A DNA stretch of 21,914 bases from a bacterium (GTDB taxonomy: Bacteria; RBG-13-61-14; DATKZS01): NCBI GenBank assembly GCA_046484135.1, contig JAWOBU010000047.1:1-21914 (forward strand). The letters are read 5' to 3'. Of this stretch, positions 8,022 to 16,300 are shown piece by piece (position 1 is the stretch's first letter; every line of letters starts with the position of its first letter). The notes beneath the pieces were generated by a model. The model made no database searches. It was not told the DNA's origin and saw nothing but the letters and a program-made list of their open reading frames with translations. The translations under genes were made by a program, and so were the position numbers.

Positions 8022-9536
8022 CTACTCCTGGTTCATGTGTTGCTCGACGATCTTGTTCTTCTGAATTTTGCCGGTGGCTGTCTTGGGCAGTTGGTCCCAG
8101 AAGAACACCAGCCGGGGGCACTTGTAATTGGCCAGCTTTTCCTTGCAGTAATCAATGACCTCTTCTTCCTTGAGCTCCTGGCCTTCCTTGAGTACCAGAA
8201 AGGCGCCCACTTCTTCGCCCCAGATTTTGTCCGGGATGCCCACCACTGCCGCGTCCATGATGGCCGGATGTTTATAAAGGACCTCTTCTATCTCCTTGGG
8301 GAAGATGTTCTCGCCGCCCCTGATGATCATCTCCTTCTTTCTGCCCTGGATGAAAATGTAACCGTCCTCGTCCTTCATCCCCAGGTCGCCGGTATAGAGC
8401 CAGCCGTTTTTCAGAGTCTCCGCGGTGGCCTGCTCGTTCCTGTAATACCCTTTCATGAGGTTGTCTCCCCTGATCACGATCTCGCCCACCTCGCCGGTCT
8501 TCTTCTCGTTGCCGTTGTCGTCCACTATCTTGACCTCCTGCCCCTCGAGGGGAAGGCCGATGGACCCCACCTTGCGGGTGCCGTCTATGGGATTGATGGA
8601 GCTTGCGCAGGTCCCTTCGGAAAGACCGTACCCCTCCATGATGTGGGCCTTGTACTTCTTCTCGAAGGTCTCGAACACCTCGACCGGCATGGGCGCGGCC
8701 CCGCAGATGCAGAAGCGCAAGTTGGACAGGTCGTACTGCTCGGCGTCGGGCAGGTTGTTCAGGATGGCGTAGACAGTGGGCACTCCGGAGAAGGCTGTGG
8801 CCTGGTACTTCTCCAGCTTGGGCAAAAAGTCCTTTGGTGAGAACCCCTTGAGCAGGATCATGGATGCGCCGGCGGACAAGGGGGCCAGCACGGTTGCGAC
8901 CTGTCCGTTCACGTGAAACAGAGGAAGGATGCACATGAAGCGGTCCTCTTCCGTCATCTTGGCCGCGACCGTGACCTCCCAGGCGTTGAACCAGTAGTTG
9001 TACTGGGTGAGAAGCACTCCCTTGGGGTAGCCGGTGGTGCCGGAGGTATAGATGATGCTCGCGATGTCGTCTTCCTTTATGTCGCGCTCCACTATCTCGG
9101 AGGGCTCGTACAAGTCCTCGAAAGGCGAGGTCCCCTGGGGCGCCTCGTCCAGCATTATGACCTCCTCCAGGTTCTCGCACTCCGGTCGTATCTTCTCCAC
9201 CATGTCCGCGAACTCCGGCTGGGTGATGAGTATGCGCGCTTCCGAGTTCTGGATAATGTAGCGGGCCTCGTCAGCCTTGAACTGCGTGTTGATGGGAACC
9301 AGGACCGTGCCCGAAAAAGCGGTGCCGAACATGAGATAGATGAACTCCGGCCGATTGTAAAGCCATAAGCAGACCTTGTCGTCCTTTTCCAGGCCCCGCA
9401 GAGCAAGGCTTGATCCGACCCGCTTTGCTATGTCCAGCATCCGGTTGTAGCTTACCTCGTCGTCCTCCCAGAACAGAAAGGTCTTGTCCTGCTGCTGTTC
9501 GGCCCGCTCGGTCAGTAAGTCCTTTATGGTTTTCAT
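8022..9536 (-). CDS. Long-chain-fatty-acid--CoA ligase / AMP-binding enzyme (FadD/CaiC-like)
   Basis: AMP-binding YTSGTTGYPKG, LPLFHVNG, EGYGLSE, GWLYTGDLG, GRKKEMIIRGGENIFPKEIE, LPKTATGKIQK; AAGGAGG ribosome-binding site. Confidence 0.95.
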   Translation of the reverse strand: MKTIKDLLTERAEQQQDKTFLFWEDDEVSYNRMLDIAKRVGSSLALRGLEKDDKVCLWLYNRPEFIYLMFGTAFSGTVLVPINTQFKADEARYIIQNSEARILITQPEFADMVEKIRPECENLEEVIMLDEAPQGTSPFEDLYEPSEIVERDIKEDDIASIIYTSGTTGYPKGVLLTQYNYWFNAWEVTVAAKMTEEDRFMCILPLFHVNGQVATVLAPLSAGASMILLKGFSPKDFLPKLEKYQATAFSGVPTVYAILNNLPDAEQYDLSNLRFCICGAAPMPVEVFETFEKKYKAHIMEGYGLSEGTCASSINPIDGTRKVGSIGLPLEGQEVKIVDDNGNEKKTGEVGEIVIRGDNLMKGYYRNEQATAETLKNGWLYTGDLGMKDEDGYIFIQGRKKEMIIRGGENIFPKEIEEVLYKHPAIMDAAVVGIPDKIWGEEVGAFLVLKEGQELKEEEVIDYCKEKLANYKCPRLVFFWDQLPKTATGKIQKNKIVEQHMNQE

Positions 9537-9940
9537 CTCCAGCCTCCTTGTCTTTGGTTCGGTTTGTTTATTAGAGACTCCTAATTAATCATCTATGAAG
9601 GGACAAGTCAAGAGCGGGACAAGCTGTAAAAAAGCTCTTCGGCCCGGCGCCTTTGCGGGAAAATAAAGACTTGCTTTGAAAAAGGCTTCATCAGGATTAA
9701 GCGGACTTGCACCTGGAGTTTGAAGATTGTTTTATTGGGGAACAAAGAAAATGAACTTTTGGTATGTGGGGATAACACAATGTTTACGTTGTTTACCCAG
9801 CCGGTTTGTCCGGCTTGCGCCAAGTCCAATTTTCTTTGTTCAACGTATTTAAATATGGGTTGCTAAACAATGGCCAGGATCGAGATAGAACCTTTGCTAC
9901 TCTTTATAAAGACTTTTTGCGTTTTGCGCATTCTCGGTTG

Positions 9941-10097
9941 CCAGCGGGAAGGTTTCCTTTGGGGGCCTTTTGATATTTTAACCATTCCGGCTCGGAGGAT
10001 AGGGCGACTTAAGGGTTGCAACCCGAGCGCCGAGGCCGGTAGCGTTTGCAGGGGGAGGGACCGGGCCAGTTCCGGCCTTTTCCCTTTTCCCCGCTGG
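9941..10097 (+). ncRNA. Candidate structured RNA (unassigned family)
   Basis: Perfect 8-bp closing stem CCAGCGGG/CCCGCTGG enclosing three hairpins (9949-9969, 9987-10039, 10050-10085) with many G-U pairs on the + strand. Confidence 0.35.
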
Positions 10098-10186
10098 AAG
10101 CCCTAAAAGCGATAAACGCACCTTTTTCTATCCACCCACACTTAAATACCTTGAACCTTTTCTTTGTTCCCTACAAGTTCCAGTTT

Positions 10187-10282
10187 AGCCCAATCCGCTT
10201 GCGGCTTTGTCAAGGGCTCCCAAGGGGAGCCGCGCTCACGCGCGGGCATGCCCCTTGACAAAGTCGCGGATTGTGCTTTAAA
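10187..10282. repeat. T-shaped inverted-repeat element (Frpo/ssi-like or REP-like)
   Basis: 16-bp stem 10201-10216/10252-10267, outer stem 10187-10196/10268-10277, two GC-rich arms (10217-10229, 10230-10245); TTGACA sits in the stem. Confidence 0.55.
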
Positions 10283-10373
10283 GGTCTGCGTCAGCGCGAA
10301 AGTACGCTTAATCCTGAAGAACCTGAAAAGAGTGTTATGGATGAAGAGCGCTTTTCCGGACGTAAACAACCGA

Positions 10374-11141
10374 CTAATGCAGCCAGGGTCCTTTTCCGTC
10401 CCGGTCGTTGTCGTCATCTTTCATTACCCGGTAGGCCCTCCTGGCTTTTTTCATCTTCCTTCTTTTCCAGAAAACCCTTATGTCCATGAAGCCCCGGAGG
10501 TAGAAGTATCCGATGGCCATGCCGGAGAGGTGGGCGATGTTGGCGATATTCGAGGCCCCGTGTCCTCCCATGTAGCTCATGGTGGCGGTAAGCTCGATCA
10601 CGGCAAAAGCGATGACCAGGTACTTGACCTTGATGGGAATTAAGAACCAGAGGTATACCCGGGCGTTGGGGTAGATAAGCGCAAATGCCATGAGCAGTCC
10701 GAAGATGGCCCCGGAAGCCCCCACAATGGGTGTCTGGGGAGGATAGAACGGCACGCACACTATTCCCGCGCCGATGCCGGTGATAAAGTAGTACTTGAGG
10801 AACTTTTTCTGTCCCCAGATTTGTTCGAGGGGGGACCCGAACCACCAGACCACCAGCATATTGAACAGGATATGGGCGAACCCGGCATGGACGAACATAT
10901 AGGTGACCAGCCTCCAGAGCTGTGGGACCCCTTCATAGATTTTGCCGGGGACCAGGGAGAATGCCGCGGTTATGATTTGGGGCGCGAACACGAAAAGCAG
11001 GAACACCCCTACATTGGCGATGATTATGTACATGACGGTGGGGGTCATAGGCCCGAAGAAGCTGAGTCCTCCTCCTCCTCCTCCGCCGCCGCCGGGGTAG
11101 CGGTATCCTCCGCCGCCGTATCCGTATCTTCTATAAGCCAT
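10374..11141 (-). CDS. Rhomboid family intramembrane serine protease
   Basis: LWRLVTYMFVHAGFAHILFNM, catalytic GASG, AHLSG, several TM segments; Gly/Tyr/Arg-rich N-terminus. Confidence 0.95.
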   Translation of the reverse strand: MAYRRYGYGGGGYRYPGGGGGGGGGLSFFGPMTPTVMYIIIANVGVFLLFVFAPQIITAAFSLVPGKIYEGVPQLWRLVTYMFVHAGFAHILFNMLVVWWFGSPLEQIWGQKKFLKYYFITGIGAGIVCVPFYPPQTPIVGASGAIFGLLMAFALIYPNARVYLWFLIPIKVKYLVIAFAVIELTATMSYMGGHGASNIANIAHLSGMAIGYFYLRGFMDIRVFWKRRKMKKARRAYRVMKDDDNDRDGKGPWLH

Positions 11142-11172
11142 CAGCTCTCCAGTTTACAATTATAGTTTTATC

Positions 11173-11199
11173 CCGGGGCTTTCACTCGGAAGGCCCCGG
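11173..11199. other. GC-rich hairpin between pgsA and rhomboid
   Basis: CCGGGGCTTTC / GAAGGCCCCGG, 11 bp with a 5-nt loop; no U-tract in the minus (sense) direction. A TATAAT on the minus strand at 11164-11159 follows it. Confidence 0.4.
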
Positions 11200-11216
11200 C
11201 ATGGAGATGTGTTGTT

Positions 11217-11849
11217 TCAGACCATGTACTTCCAGAACTTAATGAAGTAGTCTATTCCCGACCAGACGGTCAGGACCACCGCCACGGTAAAGAGGACCAT
11301 TCCCACGCCAAAGCAGTTTATGTCCTGGAAAATGAGAAGGGGGAACTCGTAATAGATAAGGAGCCCGACCAGGGCGGGCATCTGGGTGGCGGTTTTGTAC
11401 TTTGCCAGCCGGGAGGCCGAGATCACCATTCCCTGTTCGCTCGCGATTCCTCGGAGCGCGGTTATTCCCACTTCCCTGGCGATCACCACCAGTGCCATCC
11501 AGCCGGGCAGGCGGTGGAGCTCGACCAGCATGATCATGGCGCCGATGACCAGGAGCTTGTCAGCGAGCGGGTCGAGCAGCTTTCCCAGGTTGGTGGTGAG
11601 CCCGTACTTGCGTGCCAGGAACCCGTCCAGGTAATCGGTAATGCTGGCGAGCCCGAATAGCACGGCGGCCAGGACACACAACAGGTAATTGTCGCCCAGT
11701 GGCTCGGGCGGTCTCGAGAGCCAGTCCTGGTCGTAGGTCTCCGGCTCCACCATCATCAAGACCACGATGAACACGGGTATGGCGAGTATCCTGGCTATGG
11801 TCAGGTAGTTGGCTATGTTCCAGACCGGGGCTTTTTGGGAATCGTCCAT
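11217..11849 (-). CDS. pgsA: CDP-diacylglycerol--glycerol-3-phosphate 3-phosphatidyltransferase
   Basis: NIANYLTIARIL, CDP-alcohol phosphatidyltransferase motif TDYLDGFLARKYGLTTNLGKLLDPLADK, IARE..IT.LR, KYKT..QM, TVWSGIDYF. Start ATG 11849 (GTG 11855 is an alternative). Confidence 0.93.
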   Translation of the reverse strand: MDDSQKAPVWNIANYLTIARILAIPVFIVVLMMVEPETYDQDWLSRPPEPLGDNYLLCVLAAVLFGLASITDYLDGFLARKYGLTTNLGKLLDPLADKLLVIGAMIMLVELHRLPGWMALVVIAREVGITALRGIASEQGMVISASRLAKYKTATQMPALVGLLIYYEFPLLIFQDINCFGVGMVLFTVAVVLTVWSGIDYFIKFWKYMV

Positions 11850-11949
11850 TTTCACTCTTTATCAAAACGAGATTTCATCTTACTTTTAAAGCCCGGAAGC
11901 CGCAAAGGAGGAGACGGAAAGAAAAGAGGTCTTTGTGCTTCCTTTTACC

Positions 11950-12540
11950 TTAACGCGGCTTATGGCGGCGGTAGTGCTTCCAGTAGTAGTTCACCTTTTT
12001 CACGTAACGCCTGGTCTCCGGGTACGGCGGAATGCCGTTATAGCGCTCCACTGCATTCGGGCCGGCGTTATAGGCGGCAAAGGCCAGGTCGTACTTGTAC
12101 TTGAACCGGACGATCTGGCACTTGATGTAATAGGTCCCCGCCCAGATGTTCTCCACCGGGTTAAACGGATCGCTTACCCCGAGCTGCCGGGCCGTGCCCG
12201 GCATAAGCTGCATAAGTCCCATGGCGCCTTTTTTCGACACCGCTTTGGGGTTGAAGTTGGACTCGACCCGGATCATGGCCTTTACCATGGCCGGGTCCAC
12301 CCGGTAATGGGCGCAGGCCTGGTTGATGATGTCGCTGAAATCCGGCCGGTGCGGAGCGGGCGCGGGCTTGCGGGCCTCGCTCCCCCAGAGATACAGCCTC
12401 TTGTAGTTGGTCGAGTTCGGCTTGTCCGTGTAATGCCTGACCCCGTTCTCGTCCACGTAGCAGTATATGGTCGCGGCCGCCGGAGCGCTCAACAAAAGAA
12501 GAGCCGCCATCCAAAGCCAAACCCATCTCCCCTTCCGCAT
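11950..12540 (-). CDS. Exported lytic transglycosylase (SLT domain) with DUF4124-like N-terminal region
   Basis: Signal peptide ending AAA; IYCYVDENGVRHYTDKP; catalytic VES-NFNPKAVS, GAMGLMQLMP, AAYNAG, PPYPETRRYV; AGGAGGAGG ribosome-binding site. Confidence 0.93.
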   Translation of the reverse strand: MRKGRWVWLWMAALLLLSAPAAATIYCYVDENGVRHYTDKPNSTNYKRLYLWGSEARKPAPAPHRPDFSDIINQACAHYRVDPAMVKAMIRVESNFNPKAVSKKGAMGLMQLMPGTARQLGVSDPFNPVENIWAGTYYIKCQIVRFKYKYDLAFAAYNAGPNAVERYNGIPPYPETRRYVKKVNYYWKHYRRHKPR

Positions 12541-12620
12541 TTTCCGCCTCCTCCTTCAAGGTTTACAGCGCAGCACCTCGCCTTGCCGGGGAACATATTT
12601 TCCTTTTAAAAACTAATTAT

Positions 12621-12649
12621 ATTTTACTAGATACCCCTGCCTTTTTCAA
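12621..12649 (-). promoter_or_regulatory. Putative sigma70 promoter of the transglycosylase gene
   Basis: Minus strand TTGAAA (12649-12644), 17-nt spacer, TAAAAT (12626-12621). Confidence 0.55.
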
Positions 12650-12664
12650 TTCGGAGCATCTTTT

Positions 12665-12694
12665 TTGACAGGCCCGGTCCGGGCTTGTAAGAAT
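12665..12694 (+). promoter_or_regulatory. Putative sigma70 promoter of the 12728 gene (divergent partner)
   Basis: TTGACA (12665-12670) followed by TG-T-AAGAAT (-10 at 12689-12694, 18-nt spacer). Confidence 0.45.
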
Positions 12695-12727
12695 GTACAC
12701 ATAAAATCCCTTGGGAGGAGAGAAACC

Positions 12728-13192
12728 ATGAAGAGCGTATTGAAGATCGTGATAGTTGTTATTGTGCTCCTGGCGGTTGCCGTGGGGTACAAGTGGGGAG
12801 AAAAGACCGGCTTTTTTGAAGGCATCCTGTTTCCCGACTTCGAGATAGTGAACACCGAGGTGGACTGGGAGATGGAAGGGGTGAGCTCGGTGGTTTACGA
12901 GGTAAAGTCGGAAGTGAAGAACAAGAGCGGTTTCCCGGGCCGGCGGGTGGTAACCTGCACCTTTGCGGACAGCGACGGAGAGGAGCACCAAAAGGAAAAA
13001 GAGCTTCGGATCGAGGGGGAAAAGACCGGCAAGGTCATCTTCGAGTTCAGCTCTTCGCTTGGTAAAGAGGCGGTGAAAAGGCTGACCTCCAAAAAGGACT
13101 TTGACTCGCGTTATCAGACAGGTCTTAAGCCGGGCAAACCATTAACCGGCGTTCTGGACCGTATCAAAGGCATCGCAGATACGGACTCCTGA
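12728..13192 (+). CDS. Hypothetical protein with N-terminal membrane anchor and probable small beta-sandwich domain
   Basis: GGGAGG ribosome-binding site before ATG 12728; MKSVLKIVIVVIVLLAVAVGY hydrophobic segment; alternating beta-strand pattern (YEVKSEVKNKSG, VVTCTF, GKVIFEF). Confidence 0.75.
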   Translation: MKSVLKIVIVVIVLLAVAVGYKWGEKTGFFEGILFPDFEIVNTEVDWEMEGVSSVVYEVKSEVKNKSGFPGRRVVTCTFADSDGEEHQKEKELRIEGEKTGKVIFEFSSSLGKEAVKRLTSKKDFDSRYQTGLKPGKPLTGVLDRIKGIADTDS

Positions 13193-13195
13193 TCC

Positions 13196-13229
13196 TCGCT
13201 CTTTTCGGTCCGGGCGATTTTATTTTTTT
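13196..13229 (+). terminator. Weak intrinsic terminator
   Basis: TCGCTC/GGGCGA 6-bp stem with a 10-nt loop followed by TTTTATTTTTTT, directly after the 13192 stop. Confidence 0.4.
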
Positions 13230-13359
13230 CCGTCCAAGTAAACTTTTTTAACCTTATTGAGTGCTTGGTAAAGGATGACCCCTTTTCCTTTACCCGGCAA
13301 GAAATCAGCGGCGGTGCTTAGATGTAACTTCCTGATTTCACAAGACCCTGGTCGCCTTT

Positions 13360-16300
13360 CTACTCGCACAGCGCTTTCAGGCGGTCCTCTACCGCGGAAA
13401 GCTGGGACTCCATTTCCTCTGCCTTGCGCTTTTCGTTGTCCACCACCTCCTGAGGCGCTTTCTCCAGGAACTTTTCGTTGTCGAGCTTTTTCCGGGAGGC
13501 CTCCAGGTCTTTCATAATCTTTTGACGCTGATTTTTCAGCCGTTCCTTTTCCTTTTCCGGGTCCACCACTCCGCCCAGGTGAAGCTCGGCCTCGGGCATG
13601 GTGTAGACCACGGCGTTTTCCAGCTTCTTTTCTTCCGTGCAGACGGTAAGCTTGGCCGCGAAGGCCTGGTCCGATATAAGATGGCAGAACTTTTCCAGGT
13701 CTTCTCTCTCCTCCGGGGTCGTCTTTATGAGGCATGGGAGCTTTTTTCTGGGAGCGATTTCGTGGCAGGCGCGGAGCTCCCGGAACCGGCAGACGATCTC
13801 TTGAACCCTGCCAATTTTTTGTTCCAGCTCGGGGTCAATCCATTCGGGCCTCTGCTCCGGCCAGGGAGCGTGGATGCACATGGTGCCACATTGGAGTTCT
13901 TTGTCCACTCCTCTGCGAGGCGCATACTCGGCGAGGTAGGACCATAGCTCCTCGGTAATGAAAGGCAGGAAGGGATGCAGAAGCCGGATGACCTGGTCCA
14001 GGCAGACCACCAGGACCTGGGAAGCCATGACTGATTTGTCGGCGTCCTGCATCCTGGGCTTTATGAACTCGAGGTACCAGTCGCAGAACTCGTTCCAGAA
14101 AAAGGCCCGTACCGCCTTGACCGCGTCCGCGGGATGATATCCTGAAAGCTTTGTCGACACTTCTTCAACGGTCCGGGACAGCCGCGAGAGTATCCAGCGG
14201 TCCTCCGGCTCGAGCTCTTCGTAGTTAAAGAGCTTATACTGAAAACCGGACAGGTTCATGATGGCGAAGCGGGACGCGTTCCAGAGCTTGTTGCAGAAGG
14301 CCCGGCCGTTCTCGAACCGCTCGCTTATGAGCACCGCCCGCGGGACCTCGTCCATGGTGCCCAGCACGTCGAACTCCTTGCCGCAAAAGGTGCAGATGTA
14401 GGTAAAGATCGTCTTGCCGTGGCCCGCTTCGGAAAGCTCGACCCGGGCCTCGCACTCCGGACAAACCGCCTGCACCGGAAGCCGGATGTCCTGCATCCCC
14501 GTCTCCATCTCGCAAAGCAGGTACCGCATGGCGTCGGCGCCGTAGTAATCAATGATGTCCACCGGGTCTATGCCGTTGCCCTTGCTTTTCGACATGGTCT
14601 CGCCTTTGCCGTCCAATATCTTGGCATGGACGAAGCAATCCACAAACGGCACGTCCCCGTGGCAATAAAGACCCATGACCACCATTCTCGCCACCCACAA
14701 GGTTATGATGTCCCGCGCGGTAACCAGGCACGAGCCCGGGTAATAGTAGCTGAACGAGTCCGGCCGGCCCTCGATGGAACCGAGGGGGGGTTGGCCCTCT
14801 TCTACCGGCGCGTTCTCCGGGTCGGGCCAGCCCAGGGTGCTGAAAGGCCACAGCGCCGAGCTGAACCAGGTGTCCAGCACGTCCGGGTCGCGCCGGAACC
14901 CGAGCTCCGTAAGCTTCTCGGCAAGATCGCGGCAGTGCTCCGGATGACGCAGGCAGGCCAGGAGCTCGAAAGGCCCCTCCATATCGTCCCTCTCGGCAAG
15001 CTCGCGAGGCGGGCAATGAGCGCCGGTCGAATCGGTCGCCCATACAAACATGCGGCCGGGATCGTCCGGCATCTTGTTTATCAGCTCGTCCGCCGAAGCT
15101 TTATCATCGAGAGTGGCGAGCCACACCGGGATGCGGTGTCCCCACCAGAGCTGGCGGCTTATGCACCAGTCGCGCTTTTCTGAAAGCCAGCTTGTGTAAA
15201 CCTTGGTGTAGCGCTCGGGGTGGAAGGTCAGGTTTCGTCCGGTTTTAGTTTTCCAGTCCGGGTCCACCGCGTCCATGGCGGCTTGAGCGAGGCCCGGCGA
15301 GCTGAACTCCTTTTCCGTGCCCTTGCCCATCCTGACACCGCCTTCCACGTCTCCCATCTTCACGAACCACTGCTTGGACAGGTAAGGCTCGATGGGCGTC
15401 TTGGACCGGTCCGAGTATAGAAGCTCGAGCTCGTGGTCCTCGATGTGGTCGAGCAGACCTTTTTCCTCCAGCAGGTCCACAGCTTTATCGCGTGCCTGGA
15501 AGCGGTCCATGCCGGCGCAAGGCCCGGCGTGTTCGTTCATGGTACCGTCCGGGTCAAGTGCGTTGATGGCTCCTATCTCGTCCCGGTGTCTCTGCCAGAC
15601 CTCGTAGTCGTTCTGGTCGTGGGCGGGCGTGATCTTGACACAGCCGGAGCCGAACTCAGGCTTGGCCCATTCATCCAGGATGAGCGGTATCTCCCGGTCC
15701 ACCAGGGGAAGCAGCACCTTCCTGCCCTCCCGCGCCATGTCAGTGAGCTTCTGAAGAAGCGGAAGCACGTCGCGCTCGCGTGCCCGGAGCCGGTCTAGCT
15801 CCGCCTCCGCGGAGTCGCGGTCTTTTTCGCCAGATTGCTTTACTTTGCTCTCCTGCTCGGAAATCCGCTCGGTAAGCGCGTCCGCGGGATCGGGATGGCA
15901 GGCCACCGCGGTGTCGCCGAACATGGTCTCCGGCCGTGTGGTCGCGACCACCACGTACTCGGGCTCCCCGGGACCGGGCTCTATCAGGGGGTAGCGCAAA
16001 TACCACATGTGGCTCTGTTCGCTCTGGTAGTAAATCTCGTCGTCGGACACCGCGGTCTGTAGGTGGCAGTCCCAGTTCACGAGCCTGAGGCCGAGGTATA
16101 TAAGCCGGTCGCAGAAGAGCCGGAAAAAGGTCTCGTACACCGCGGCACTGCACACCTCGTCCATGGTGAACCGCTGCCGGTCCCAGTCGCAGGAGCAACC
16201 CATCTGTTTCTGCTGGTTTATGATCCGCTGCTGGTACTCGTCCTTCCAGGCCAGGATGCGCGAGACCAGGGCCTCCCGGCCGATGTCGTGCCGGGTCTTG

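Noticed and set aside
10003..10031. GGTTGCAACC as a possible tRNA-Cys anticodon arm (pgsA is followed by tRNAs in some bacteria)
   Set aside because: No T-loop GTTCRA, D-arm or CCA end on either strand.
10187..10282. Retron msr/msd interpretation of the long hairpin
   Set aside because: No reverse transcriptase in the window and no clear a1/a2 repeats with a branching G.
10313..10350. CTGAAGA...GAAA as a hammerhead ribozyme core
   Set aside because: The required stems I-III cannot be formed around the motifs.
9608..10643. Short ORFs in or entering the ligase-rhomboid gap (9608-9829, 9870-10106, 10046-10258, 10142-10417, 10164-10643)
   Set aside because: No clear ribosome-binding sites, no recognisable domains, and they overlap each other or rhomboid.
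13246..13339. dif-like TTTAACCTTA and an 8-bp IR GAAATCAG/CTGATTTC downstream of valS
   Set aside because: XerD-arm match is partial with no XerC arm; the IR has a long unpaired loop and could be chance or a weak 3' structure.
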